Below are positions 39,160 through 47,720 of a DNA stretch of 64,000 bases, one piece after another (position 1 is the first letter of the stretch; every line of letters begins with the position of its first letter). The notes beneath the pieces were generated by a model that did no database searches, was not told where the DNA came from, and was given only the letters and a program-made list of their open reading frames with translations. Source of the stretch: Planctomycetota bacterium (GTDB taxonomy: Bacteria; Planctomycetota; SZUA-567; H5-PLA8). The stretch lies in the NCBI GenBank assembly GCA_038227875.1, contig JBBRPR010000010.1, forward strand, positions 96,001-160,000. The letters run 5' to 3'. Position numbers and translations under genes: made by a program.

Positions 39160-40128
39160 ATGAAAGTTCTGATCACGGGCGGAGCGGGTTACATCGGCAG
39201 CCACACGGCGAAGGTCATGGCGAAGTCGGGCTTTCAGCCCGTGGCGCTGGACAACATGAGCTTCGGCCACGACTGGGCCGTGAAGTGGGGGCCGCTCGAG
39301 AAAGGTGAACTCGGCGACGTCGAATTCGTCCGGGCTGTGATCAAGAAGCACAAGATCGAAGCCGTGATCCACTTCGCCGCCAACGCGTTCGTGGGTGAGT
39401 CGATGACCAACCCGCGCAAGTATTTTCAGAACAACGTCGTCAACACGCTCAACCTGCTCAACGTGATGAACGACGAAGGCGTGAAGAACTTCGTCTTCTC
39501 GTCCACCTGCGCGACGTATGGCGATCCGATCCGCGTGCCAATCGACGAGACGCATCCGCAGAGCCCGGTCAATCCGTACGGCGAATCGAAGTTGTTCGTC
39601 GAGAAGATGCTGAAGTGGTACGGCCCCGCGTACAACCTGAAGTGGACCGCGCTGCGCTACTTCAACGCCGCCGGCGCCGATCCGGAAGGCGAGATCGGTG
39701 AAGACCACGAACCGGAAACGCACCTCATCCCGCTGGTGATCCAGGTGGCGCAGGGCATCCGTCCGCACGCCAGCATTTTCGGCACGGATTACGCGACGCC
39801 GGACGGCACGGCGATCCGCGATTACATCCACGTCACGGACCTCGCCGACGCGCACGTCAAATCGCTGCAGCGTCTGTTGAAGGGCGAAGAGAGCACGGTT
39901 TTCAATCTCGGCACGGGCACGGGCAGTTCGGTTCGCGACGTGATCAAGGCCGTCGAGAAAGCCAGCGGTAAGGCCGTGAAAGTGATCGAAGCCCCGCGCC
40001 GTGCCGGCGACCCGCCCGCGCTGGTGGCCGACGCGAAGAAAGCCAACACGGTCCTCGGTTGGAAGCCGCAGTACGCGAAGATGGAGACGATCGTGGAGCA
40101 TGCATGGAAGTGGCATAGCAGGAAGTAG
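39160..40128 (+). CDS. galE: UDP-sugar 4-epimerase (GalE family)
   Basis: GGAGYIG, HFAA.A.VGES, FSSTCATYG, YGESK, LRYFNAAGA, RDYIHV; AGGAGG RBS. Confidence 0.9.
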   Translation: MKVLITGGAGYIGSHTAKVMAKSGFQPVALDNMSFGHDWAVKWGPLEKGELGDVEFVRAVIKKHKIEAVIHFAANAFVGESMTNPRKYFQNNVVNTLNLLNVMNDEGVKNFVFSSTCATYGDPIRVPIDETHPQSPVNPYGESKLFVEKMLKWYGPAYNLKWTALRYFNAAGADPEGEIGEDHEPETHLIPLVIQVAQGIRPHASIFGTDYATPDGTAIRDYIHVTDLADAHVKSLQRLLKGEESTVFNLGTGTGSSVRDVIKAVEKASGKAVKVIEAPRRAGDPPALVADAKKANTVLGWKPQYAKMETIVEHAWKWHSRK

Positions 40129-40132
40129 CTCC

Positions 40133-40427
40133 TAGCTCTTGATGGTGGGACAGGGAGCTTGCATATTCACGGTTGAAGTGCGCATGGTTCTTGAGTCGGC
40201 GATATGCGGATGGAAGCCTGTGTGTCAAGGAGCAAGCGGCCGTATGCTTGCTCCTTGCTGTTGTGTGTGCGACTTTCGCGCAAGCGGTTGATAAGATTAC
40301 TGCCAGGATGTACGACTTCTCAAATTTGGGTGCGCTGAGCAAGGAGCAAGCAAACGGCCTTGCTCCTTGACACACGGCCTTCATCGACTTGCTATACGCC
40401 AACTCCTTGCACCATTCCCAAGAGCTA
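40133..40427. mobile_element. MITE/REPIN-like ~295-bp nested inverted-repeat element between convergent galE and ridA
   Basis: Terminal TAGCTCTTG/CAAGAGCTA; internal inverted copies GTGTGTCAAGGAGCAAG...CTTGCTCCTTGCT at 40220-40259 and 40338-40375. Confidence 0.55.
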
Positions 40428-40811
40428 AGAACCACTCTTCACCGCGATGCATTCGATCTCCACGCGGGCATTCGCCGGAAGCTTCGCGACCTGAACCGTG
40501 CTCCGCGCCGGGCGGTGGGTGCCGAAGAACGCGGCGTAGGTTTTGTTCATGCCTTCGAAGTCGGCGAGGTCGTGCATGAAGACGGTGGTTTTGATGACGT
40601 CGGCGGGAGTGCAGCCGGCGGACTTCAGGACTTCGCGCAGATTCTCGAGGACCTGCTGCGTCGCGGCTTCGATCGAATCGGAGATGACCTTGCCGTCGGC
40701 GGTGCGGGGGATCTGGCCGGAGGTGTAGACGAAATTCCCGAACGAGGCGGCCGGGCTGTACGGGCCGAGCGTGGTGGCTCCGGCGGGGGCGTGGGTTTGG
40801 ATGTCGGGCAT
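40425..40811 (-). CDS. RidA/Rid family reactive intermediate deaminase
   Basis: GPYS, YTSGQIP, VIKTTVFM, MN..YA.FF...RPARSTVQVAKLP..ARVEIECIA. Confidence 0.9.
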   Translation of the reverse strand: MPDIQTHAPAGATTLGPYSPAASFGNFVYTSGQIPRTADGKVISDSIEAATQQVLENLREVLKSAGCTPADVIKTTVFMHDLADFEGMNKTYAAFFGTHRPARSTVQVAKLPANARVEIECIAVKSGS

Positions 40812-40899
40812 GGGGCGGAGTCCTTTACAGACAGTTTTGAGTTTTCAGTTTTGAGTTTTGAAATTGGCTTCGCGAGAAACTTCGAATGGGATGCGTCTG

Positions 40900-40955
40900 G
40901 CACGGATGAACAAATTCCTTCGCTACGCTCAGGAATTTGCGCATCCGTGGCACCA
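40900..40955 (-). repeat. 56-bp hairpin element (family A)
   Basis: GCACGGATGAACAAATTCCTTCGCTACGCTCAGGAATTTGCGCATCCGTGGCACCA. Confidence 0.9.
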
Positions 40956-40965
40956 GTCGTCATAG

Positions 40966-41685
40966 TTACATTTTGCCGTTGCCGTCGTCATCCGTGCGTT
41001 TCTTGTTGTCGTTCTTCGTGGGCTTGCTCGTGCGCGGTTCGGAGGGCGGGTTGGTTTCGTAGACCGACGGGGCCTGGACGGCGACGCGGCGCTGTTCGCC
41101 CTGCCACCACTGGCGCCAATCGTCGACGGACTTGGCGCGGGCAACTTCGCCGTTGCTCGGGCCGTAGCCGAAGTCGCGGCGCGTGCGGGATTTCAGCGCC
41201 TTGAACGCGGTTTCGCGGATCGAGTATTCGTTGTCGGCAAGGCACTCGATCAAGTCGCCGGTGGCATCCGGGCCGCCGAACTGGACGGTCAGGCGCAGCG
41301 CGGGGGCGCGGACTTCGACGCGCGGGTTCTTCAGCAGCAACCGCACGTCGCGGACGACGATCTTGTCGACGCCCTGCTTGGTGCCGAAAAACTTGAGCTG
41401 CTCTTCGGCGGGAATCGCGATCGAAGGTTCGGGCTTCTGCAGGCGTTCGACGAGGATGCCGACGGCCTTTTCCGGATCGGTGTCGTCCTTGACCGGCTCG
41501 AGCTTCTCCGCCTTGCGCTTGCTCTTCTCACCAGAATCCGGATCGAAGCCGGTGTAGGCGTCTTCGGTCGCGGGCTTGTTCATGGCCTTCTTGGCGGCTT
41601 CGGTCGTGCAGCCGGTCGTGACCAGCAGCAGCAGCGACAGCAGGCCCAGGCGATGACTCAACGCGCTCTTCAACATTCCACCCAT
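40966..41685 (-). CDS. HEAT-repeat lipoprotein
   Basis: Lipobox-like LLLVTTG-C; HEAT repeats (VEVRAPA, LIECLAD..YSIRETA); WRQWW motif; start uncertain. Confidence 0.75.
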   Translation of the reverse strand: MGGMLKSALSHRLGLLSLLLLVTTGCTTEAAKKAMNKPATEDAYTGFDPDSGEKSKRKAEKLEPVKDDTDPEKAVGILVERLQKPEPSIAIPAEEQLKFFGTKQGVDKIVVRDVRLLLKNPRVEVRAPALRLTVQFGGPDATGDLIECLADNEYSIRETAFKALKSRTRRDFGYGPSNGEVARAKSVDDWRQWWQGEQRRVAVQAPSVYETNPPSEPRTSKPTKNDNKKRTDDDGNGKM

Positions 41686-41769
41686 TTTCACTCGGTACGT
41701 CCTCCTGGTATTCGCGCTAGTTTGATCCAAACTAGACGCCGCTTCCCCCAAATTCATTACAGAAATTAC

Positions 41770-44151
41770 TCAGTTCCTCATGTCGATACTGGCATTCTTC
41801 ATGAAATGTTCTTTCAAGAATGTACCCGTGTGCTTCTGATCTTCAAAACCCGGTTCGTCTTCCGGGTCGTCGGGCTTGCACATTTCGGTGCACTTCTCGA
41901 GGATGTCCAACTGCGCTTCCGTTTCGCGCATCAGGCCCGGGAAGGTGAGATGGTTGTCGTCTTTGTGCTTGCGCAGGGCTTCGAGCTTCTCGGCGGCGCC
42001 TTTGCGCATCTTTTCGCGCTCGTTAATGTTGTTCCACCAGGCTTTCCATTTTGAGATTTCCCAGCCGCGGCGGACGTTGATGCGCGCTCCGCCGTACGTC
42101 GATTGGGTCAGCAGCGCCATGGCTTCCTTGACGGAAGCTTCGGCGCCCGGGTTCCGTTCCAGAATGTTCATCACGATTTCGCAGGCCTTCAGATCCTTGC
42201 CGTGCGTGCGCTTGCCCAGCGCGGTGATGAAGGCGTTCATGGTCTTGCCAGCCATCGGATTTTTGAACGCTTCGAGCACCATCTTGGCGCTGTCGGCGTC
42301 GCGCAGTTCGCCCAGCGTGTTGGCGGTTTCGACGCGGACGTTTTCGTCGGTGTCGGTGATCAGTTCGGTCAGCGATTGAACCGAACCGCTCATGCCGGTC
42401 GTCGGGATGCCTTTGACGGCGGCGGCGCGGATTTCGGGCAGCTTGTCTTTGAAGGCGCGGATCAGGCCGCCGCAGGCCGCCGTATCGTTACTGCGCTTGG
42501 CCAGCGCGAGGACCACTTCGTGGCGGACGTCGTCGGACGGATCGTTGACCAATCCCGCCAGCACTTCGCTCTTGGCGCTGTCGCGGACTTGTTCGAACGC
42601 GCGCTTACAGACGGTCGCCAGATCCTTGTCGGCTCCGCCCACGGTCTGGAGCAGCGCTCCGGCGGCGTCGGGGAGGGCGGTGTATTCGATGCCATCGCGC
42701 GCTTTGATTTTCAGGTCGGCGTCGCCGCTGGTGGCAATCTTGATCAAGACGTTACAGACGCCCGGCACGCGCAGTTTGCCGAGGCTTTCGACGGCGGCGG
42801 TGCGGACTTCCGGAGCCTGTTCGGTGGCGGCTTCGGCGCGGGGCATGATCGCGGTGGCGACGGCGGTGAGGTCGTTGACGCTGTCCTTGTCTTCCTTGCC
42901 TGCTTCGCCGGGCTTGATCTCCGTGGCGATCTCGCCGAGCGCTTTGATGATCAGGACTTTCGTGGCCGGTTCAGCGGAGCTGAGCGCCGTGCCGAAGCTG
43001 GTAATCGCCATGCCGCGCATGTTGCGGGAGTGGCCCAGCAGTCCCATGCCGTAGATGCCCGCTTCGCGGATGCCGGCGTCGGGGTTGCTGATGGCCATGC
43101 CGCAGACTTCGTAGCCCTTTGAAGCGTCAAATTCGACCAGCGACTTGGCGGAACTCTTGCGAGCGTCGACGGTGGCGTCCGGCCCCGTGATGCCCTTGGT
43201 ATACATGTTCACCATGAATGGACTGTAGCCGGCGACGACCACGAGAATCACGACCACGGCGACGATGGCGCCGATCTTGTGGAGTTTGGTCAGCCTGAAG
43301 CCGACGGGCTTGCCGCGGATGGAGCGCTTGGTGGTGCGGCGCGAGACGCGGGTGTTGTCTTCGTCCTCGTCTTCTTCGGCCTCCACTTTTTCGACGCGGC
43401 GCGAACCGCTCTTCATCACGCGGCTGTTGGACTTGGCGGGCAGCTTCTTGCTCGACTTGGGTTCAGCAATCAGTTCGGCATCGTCGTCGATGGCGGCGGG
43501 CTTGTCCTCCGCGGCTTCGTCCTTGCCCTTCGCGGCGGGTTTCATGATGCGGCTGTCGGGGCGGCCGGGCTTTGCCAGCCGTTTGCTCATGCTGCTCTTG
43601 GATGGTTCTTCGGCGGCTTCTTCAACATCCTCGTTCACAGCCGCGGCGCTGCCGTTCGAATCCTTTGCGGCCGGAGCGGGAGCTGGTGCGGCGGGTTCCG
43701 CGGGCTTGAGCTTCTTGCTGGGTGCGGCGACCGGCGCGCGTGCGGACGCCTTGTTGGGCGTCGGGAGCATCGGCTTGCGCTTGCCGGCGGTGACGAGCGG
43801 GTCGTCGTCTCCGTAGAGCGAGTCGTCGGAGAGCAGGTGCTCATCGGCCTTCAACGACATGCCATCGCCGCGCTTGGGGACGGCGTGAACGGCCTCGCCC
43901 AGATCGCCGAGAAGCGATTCGTCCTCCTGAACCGGTGCCGCCTCTTCGGCGACTTCTTCGACGACCTCCTCTTCAACTTCTTCGGGTTCCGGAGGCGGCG
44001 GTGGCGCGGCCTTGGTTTTCACCGAGGGGCGCATGCGGTTGGAGGTCGATGTTGAGGTGGACGTCTTCACGGCTGGAGCGCGCCCGGAAGCAGAAGCTTT
44101 GGGAGCGACGTCGACTGAACGTTGCGACGTTTTCTTCGGAAGGTTTGCCAA
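41770..44151 (-). CDS. Membrane protein: long disordered N-terminus, one TM, HEAT repeats
   Basis: About 290 aa P/K/E/S-rich region, IGAIVAVVVILVVVAG TM, repeated D....VR..A...LG units. Confidence 0.8.
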   Translation of the reverse strand: MANLPKKTSQRSVDVAPKASASGRAPAVKTSTSTSTSNRMRPSVKTKAAPPPPPEPEEVEEEVVEEVAEEAAPVQEDESLLGDLGEAVHAVPKRGDGMSLKADEHLLSDDSLYGDDDPLVTAGKRKPMLPTPNKASARAPVAAPSKKLKPAEPAAPAPAPAAKDSNGSAAAVNEDVEEAAEEPSKSSMSKRLAKPGRPDSRIMKPAAKGKDEAAEDKPAAIDDDAELIAEPKSSKKLPAKSNSRVMKSGSRRVEKVEAEEDEDEDNTRVSRRTTKRSIRGKPVGFRLTKLHKIGAIVAVVVILVVVAGYSPFMVNMYTKGITGPDATVDARKSSAKSLVEFDASKGYEVCGMAISNPDAGIREAGIYGMGLLGHSRNMRGMAITSFGTALSSAEPATKVLIIKALGEIATEIKPGEAGKEDKDSVNDLTAVATAIMPRAEAATEQAPEVRTAAVESLGKLRVPGVCNVLIKIATSGDADLKIKARDGIEYTALPDAAGALLQTVGGADKDLATVCKRAFEQVRDSAKSEVLAGLVNDPSDDVRHEVVLALAKRSNDTAACGGLIRAFKDKLPEIRAAAVKGIPTTGMSGSVQSLTELITDTDENVRVETANTLGELRDADSAKMVLEAFKNPMAGKTMNAFITALGKRTHGKDLKACEIVMNILERNPGAEASVKEAMALLTQSTYGGARINVRRGWEISKWKAWWNNINEREKMRKGAAEKLEALRKHKDDNHLTFPGLMRETEAQLDILEKCTEMCKPDDPEDEPGFEDQKHTGTFLKEHFMKNASIDMRN

Positions 44152-44282
44152 GTGCCCGTCTCCGCTGAGGTGTAAAAATCACATGTTAGCTCGTTTTCCG
44201 TTATCGTCGAGACGTAAGTTCGAAGGAAAGCATTAGGGGCATTGCGGATATGTGCGGTGAAAGCGCTGGTTGATCTCTGTGC

Positions 44283-44310
44283 AATGTTACGGAATGTTAC
44301 CGAATGTTAC
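44283..44310. promoter_or_regulatory. Three AATGTTAC direct repeats at 10-bp period (putative regulator site)
   Basis: Exact copies at 44283, 44293 and 44303 in a divergent intergenic region. Confidence 0.4.
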
Positions 44311-44788
44311 GTGGGCGGGTGCCTCCCTTCATAGTTGCACGTTGAGCGCGGCGAGCCGCGAGGGGCCAGGGGTCAGGGGCCAAGGGTCAGAATAGACGCG
44401 CGTGCCGCGAGTTGCAGTGGGCAGGGCGATTGAGAGTGTTTGGAGGGGATGGAAGGAAATGGGGCGTCTCCTTTGCGTTCTGCGGGGCTGTGGGAGGGTG
44501 GGGTGGTCATCTGGGCTTTCTCCCGGGTTGGGGCTGTGGAGTAGCTCAGACGGCGCTGGGACGTAAATTTTCGGGCAATAGCGGAGACGACGGGGTTCAA
44601 CGATTCGATGTTGAGCGGGACCTGTTTTAATATGAGCGCTGCACGATTTCCTACTATATCTAAGCGGTCGAGAAACGCGAAAATCAAGTGTTTTCTGTAA
44701 ATTTAGTAAAAAAGATTTTATAATACATGATGTGCATGAGGCGCACGTAGTGGGTGGGTTTGGGAAGGGACTCGACGAATGGTTGTCT

Positions 44789-44818
44789 CGGTCTCCCGGC
44801 AAATTTGCCGGAGGGTTG
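44789..44818. repeat. AAATTT-centred palindrome (family B)
   Basis: Perfect core CCGGCAAATTTGCCGG (44796-44811) ending in GGTTG. Confidence 0.7.
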
Positions 44819-44964
44819 TGTCTGGTTTTTGGGCTCGGCGTGTTACGTAGTCCGATGTGGCGGGATTTCGGGTGGTGGTGGGGCGGGGCAGCAGTGATGT
44901 GACTGCACGGAAATAGTTACTCCGGCGTGTAAATCTGATTTCATTCGCATATCCTGATCGTTCT

Positions 44965-46698
44965 ATGCGACCCACTCTGCTCACCACGGTGCTGTTGATT
45001 TTGGTAGAGCTGACATTGTTCTGCTGCAATTCAGTAGCGGGCAGCGATGCGCCCAAGCCGCCTGATGATTATCTTTCCGAACGCTACACCGCTGACGGTA
45101 CTGGTCTGAACGCGGGAGCCTTGGCGACGCTGATTCGGGACCGCATTTTTGCGCGGGAGTTCGCGGATGCGCAGGCGTCGTTGAAGATCGACGCGGGCGC
45201 GCTGGTGGTGACTCAGACGCGGGAAGCTCACGCGCAGCTTCGCGATTTTCTGGCGCTGCTGCGCAAGCCGCTCGCTGCTGGAGCGATGGCCGTGAGCGAA
45301 ACCGACGCGTGGCGCGCGGCGATTGAATCGAGTCTTTTAGAGAAGCGCGTGAGCGTTTCATTTGCGCAGACGCCGCTGAACGAAGCCGTGGCTCAATTGA
45401 GCACGTCGACGGGGATCGCGATCACCGTCGATCGGGGCATCACCGCGGAGAAAATGCGGAAGGTGGATTTGAAGCTCGACACTGTGTCGCTGGCCTCTGC
45501 ACTGAAGTGGATCACCTGCAGCACCCAGACGAACTATTGCCTGCACGATCACGGAATATTGATCACGGATGGGTCTCGCGAAGATCTGGAATTGCGCATC
45601 TACGCCATTGCAGATCTGCTGCAGGCGCCAGATTTTATCACGCGACTTTTTGATACTGATAAAAATGATTTATTTCAACCCGTGCCCATGTACCTGCCTT
45701 ATTTGTCTGCTCCAGAATGGGGGCAGGTGGTTCAGTTTTTGGGCGATCGCATGATTGTCAGGGGGGACCGTTTCGAACAAAAGCTGGTCAACGGCTACAT
45801 CTCGGGACTGCGTCTGTTTCTAAAACAAATCCGCGACGTTGAGCCCGATGGCAAGCCGCCGAAAAAGCCCTTGGACCCGGCTCGAGTCCCCGGGCATTCG
45901 TTGCCGGAAGTGGAAGAACCTTGGAAAAAGGAACTGCGCGCGAAACTCGAAAAGCACGTTTCGTTCGATTTTAAAGATAAGCCATTCAAGGATGCGATTG
46001 CGTTTATCCGGAGCGAATGCGGGGTGAACCTGGTGCTCGATCCGAAGGTCTTGGCCAACGCCGTGGACAGTCCGATCACACTTCGCGTGAGCGACATGCG
46101 TGCTGAGCTCGCATTGGAATGGATATTGAAGCTTAACTATGTTGAATATGATTTTGTTGATGAAGTAGTGTATCTGCATCCGCATTTGAATATCAACTAT
46201 TCTGCGGAAGTTCGATATTTTTACGTGCGTGATTTGGCTTCGGTAATCGCGGCATCCGAGCTGAAGTCCCTGGTTACTGACGCCATTCTTGATGGCAGCT
46301 TTGAACTGGCGCTAGGAACGGCGATTGATGAAAAGAACGGAATTTTGATCATAATGCAGCGTCCGTATGAACTGTCTCGATTGGAAATACTCTTTGATCA
46401 ATTTCGATTGCATGCTAATGATCCCGATTTCTATCCGACGCACATGGCCTTTAAGGGTCGAGAGCTCTATCCGGACAATGATTGCGCTATTTTCAACTTG
46501 TCGGATATGTGCGAGGTGCAAGCGGCTGCTCTGGTTGAAAAATTTCAGGTGAACTTTCCCGCAGCGGATGGTGCTGACGGGCGGCGGTTTATTCGTCTCG
46601 CGGGAAAGCGGTTGATCGTGCAGGGCACCCGCGCGATGCGCGACGAAATTGCGCGCGCGTTGGAGGAGATTCGCAAGGCACGGGTGGATAAGCGGTAG
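44965..46698 (+). CDS. Secreted protein of tandem STN / secretin N-terminal-like domains, no secretin barrel recognised
   Basis: LEKRVSVSFAQTPLNEAV and KLEKHVSFDFKDKPFKDAI STN-like units; IYAIADLL, FYVRDL, GTAIDEKNGILIIMQRP similar to the 17665/18723 genes. Confidence 0.7.
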   Translation: MRPTLLTTVLLILVELTLFCCNSVAGSDAPKPPDDYLSERYTADGTGLNAGALATLIRDRIFAREFADAQASLKIDAGALVVTQTREAHAQLRDFLALLRKPLAAGAMAVSETDAWRAAIESSLLEKRVSVSFAQTPLNEAVAQLSTSTGIAITVDRGITAEKMRKVDLKLDTVSLASALKWITCSTQTNYCLHDHGILITDGSREDLELRIYAIADLLQAPDFITRLFDTDKNDLFQPVPMYLPYLSAPEWGQVVQFLGDRMIVRGDRFEQKLVNGYISGLRLFLKQIRDVEPDGKPPKKPLDPARVPGHSLPEVEEPWKKELRAKLEKHVSFDFKDKPFKDAIAFIRSECGVNLVLDPKVLANAVDSPITLRVSDMRAELALEWILKLNYVEYDFVDEVVYLHPHLNINYSAEVRYFYVRDLASVIAASELKSLVTDAILDGSFELALGTAIDEKNGILIIMQRPYELSRLEILFDQFRLHANDPDFYPTHMAFKGRELYPDNDCAIFNLSDMCEVQAAALVEKFQVNFPAADGADGRRFIRLAGKRLIVQGTRAMRDEIARALEEIRKARVDKR

Positions 46699-46831
46699 AC
46701 GACGCGGCGGAACGTGCGTTTTGTGTCGCCTATACAAGGAAGATGATTTTTTCAATGAAATTTAAGAGTCGTTATTTTCAAATTCGTATTGCAACTCTTA
46801 CTGTCCTGGATTTCCCGAGCACCGGCCGGAA

Positions 46832-46936
46832 AGCCGGCTGAAGCCGGCTGGTGGGGCGTGATTAATGGTGCGCCCCCACTTGAAAGTGGGGGCAAGCAAC
46901 GGCTTGAACTGCAACTGCAACTGCAACTGCAACTGC
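46832..46936. repeat. REP-like palindromes followed by (AACTGC)5
   Basis: AGCCGGCTGAAGCCGGCT, GCCCCCACTTGAAAGTGGGGGC (46872-46893), five AACTGC at 46907-46936. Confidence 0.7.
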
Positions 46937-47360
46937 AAGTGGGCTCGAATCTGACGCTGCTGGCCCGTGCCTCGGCGGCCGTCTTCAGGGTTACATTGAG
47001 AAGCAGGTTGTTGACAGAAGAATCACTCATCGCAACGCTCCAGAAAATTGCAGAGAGATTGTCACGGGTTGATTCTGTTTATGCTGAGTTCGAATCGGAA
47101 TTCAATCGCTCGGTGCAACCACCGACCGATGAGGGGCGCATTCATCATGATCTCGGGAATGCTTGCGGTTTGTTCGTAGACTGGTGTGTGGTTGCGTGTC
47201 TCCGATTCCACTTCGGTTTTGTGACTGAATATCGGTGGAGTTTTCGACGCGGGGACGGACTTCGCGGGCTTAACGACGATTTATATCATTGGACTTGCAG
47301 TTGCGTTTACTCCTTCGGACGCCGAACGGCGCGCGGGCTTTAGCTGCAAAGGAGATGACA

Positions 47361-47516
47361 ATGATTCGCATGGTTTTGGTGGTTCTATTTGTGTTGATGC
47401 TGTTGGGGACGATGCCGGTGTGGGGATACAATTCTCAATGGGGTTATGGTCCGGTCGGGCTGAGCTCCCTACTGCTGGTTATTGCGGTGATTTTTTACAA
47501 TTTTCGGCGGGTGTAA
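47361..47516 (+). CDS. DUF3309 family small membrane protein
   Basis: AAGGAG RBS; LLGTMPVWGYNSQWGYGPVG motif between two hydrophobic stretches. Confidence 0.75.
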   Translation: MIRMVLVVLFVLMLLGTMPVWGYNSQWGYGPVGLSSLLLVIAVIFYNFRRV

Positions 47517-47720
47517 ACCCGTCGCGGAGATTGATTGGCGTTGCGCTCAATTGGGCGACGCGTTGGCCCCTTACCCCGTCACGTGGCCCACTCCCTCAAG
47601 GGAAGGGAGGGGCACGCGCGTGGTGCAGTCTATAATGTGGACTTTCGGCTCAAATTTCTTACAACCAAGGCCGATTCCATGCGTCTAGATAGCATTCCAC
47701 ATTAAAGGGTAACGGAACTA

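Noticed and set aside
44536..44620. GTAGCTCAG and GGTTCAA resemble tRNA D and T arm motifs
   Set aside because: Could not build an acceptor stem or cloverleaf with correct spacing
44329..44802. Short minus-strand ORFs in the 44.2-44.9 kb gap
   Set aside because: No recognisable motifs and they overlap simple repeats; treated as intergenic
46789..47343. 184-aa ORF containing LQLQLQLQLQ
   Set aside because: Runs through palindromic repeats and the AACTGC tract with atypical composition; probably spurious
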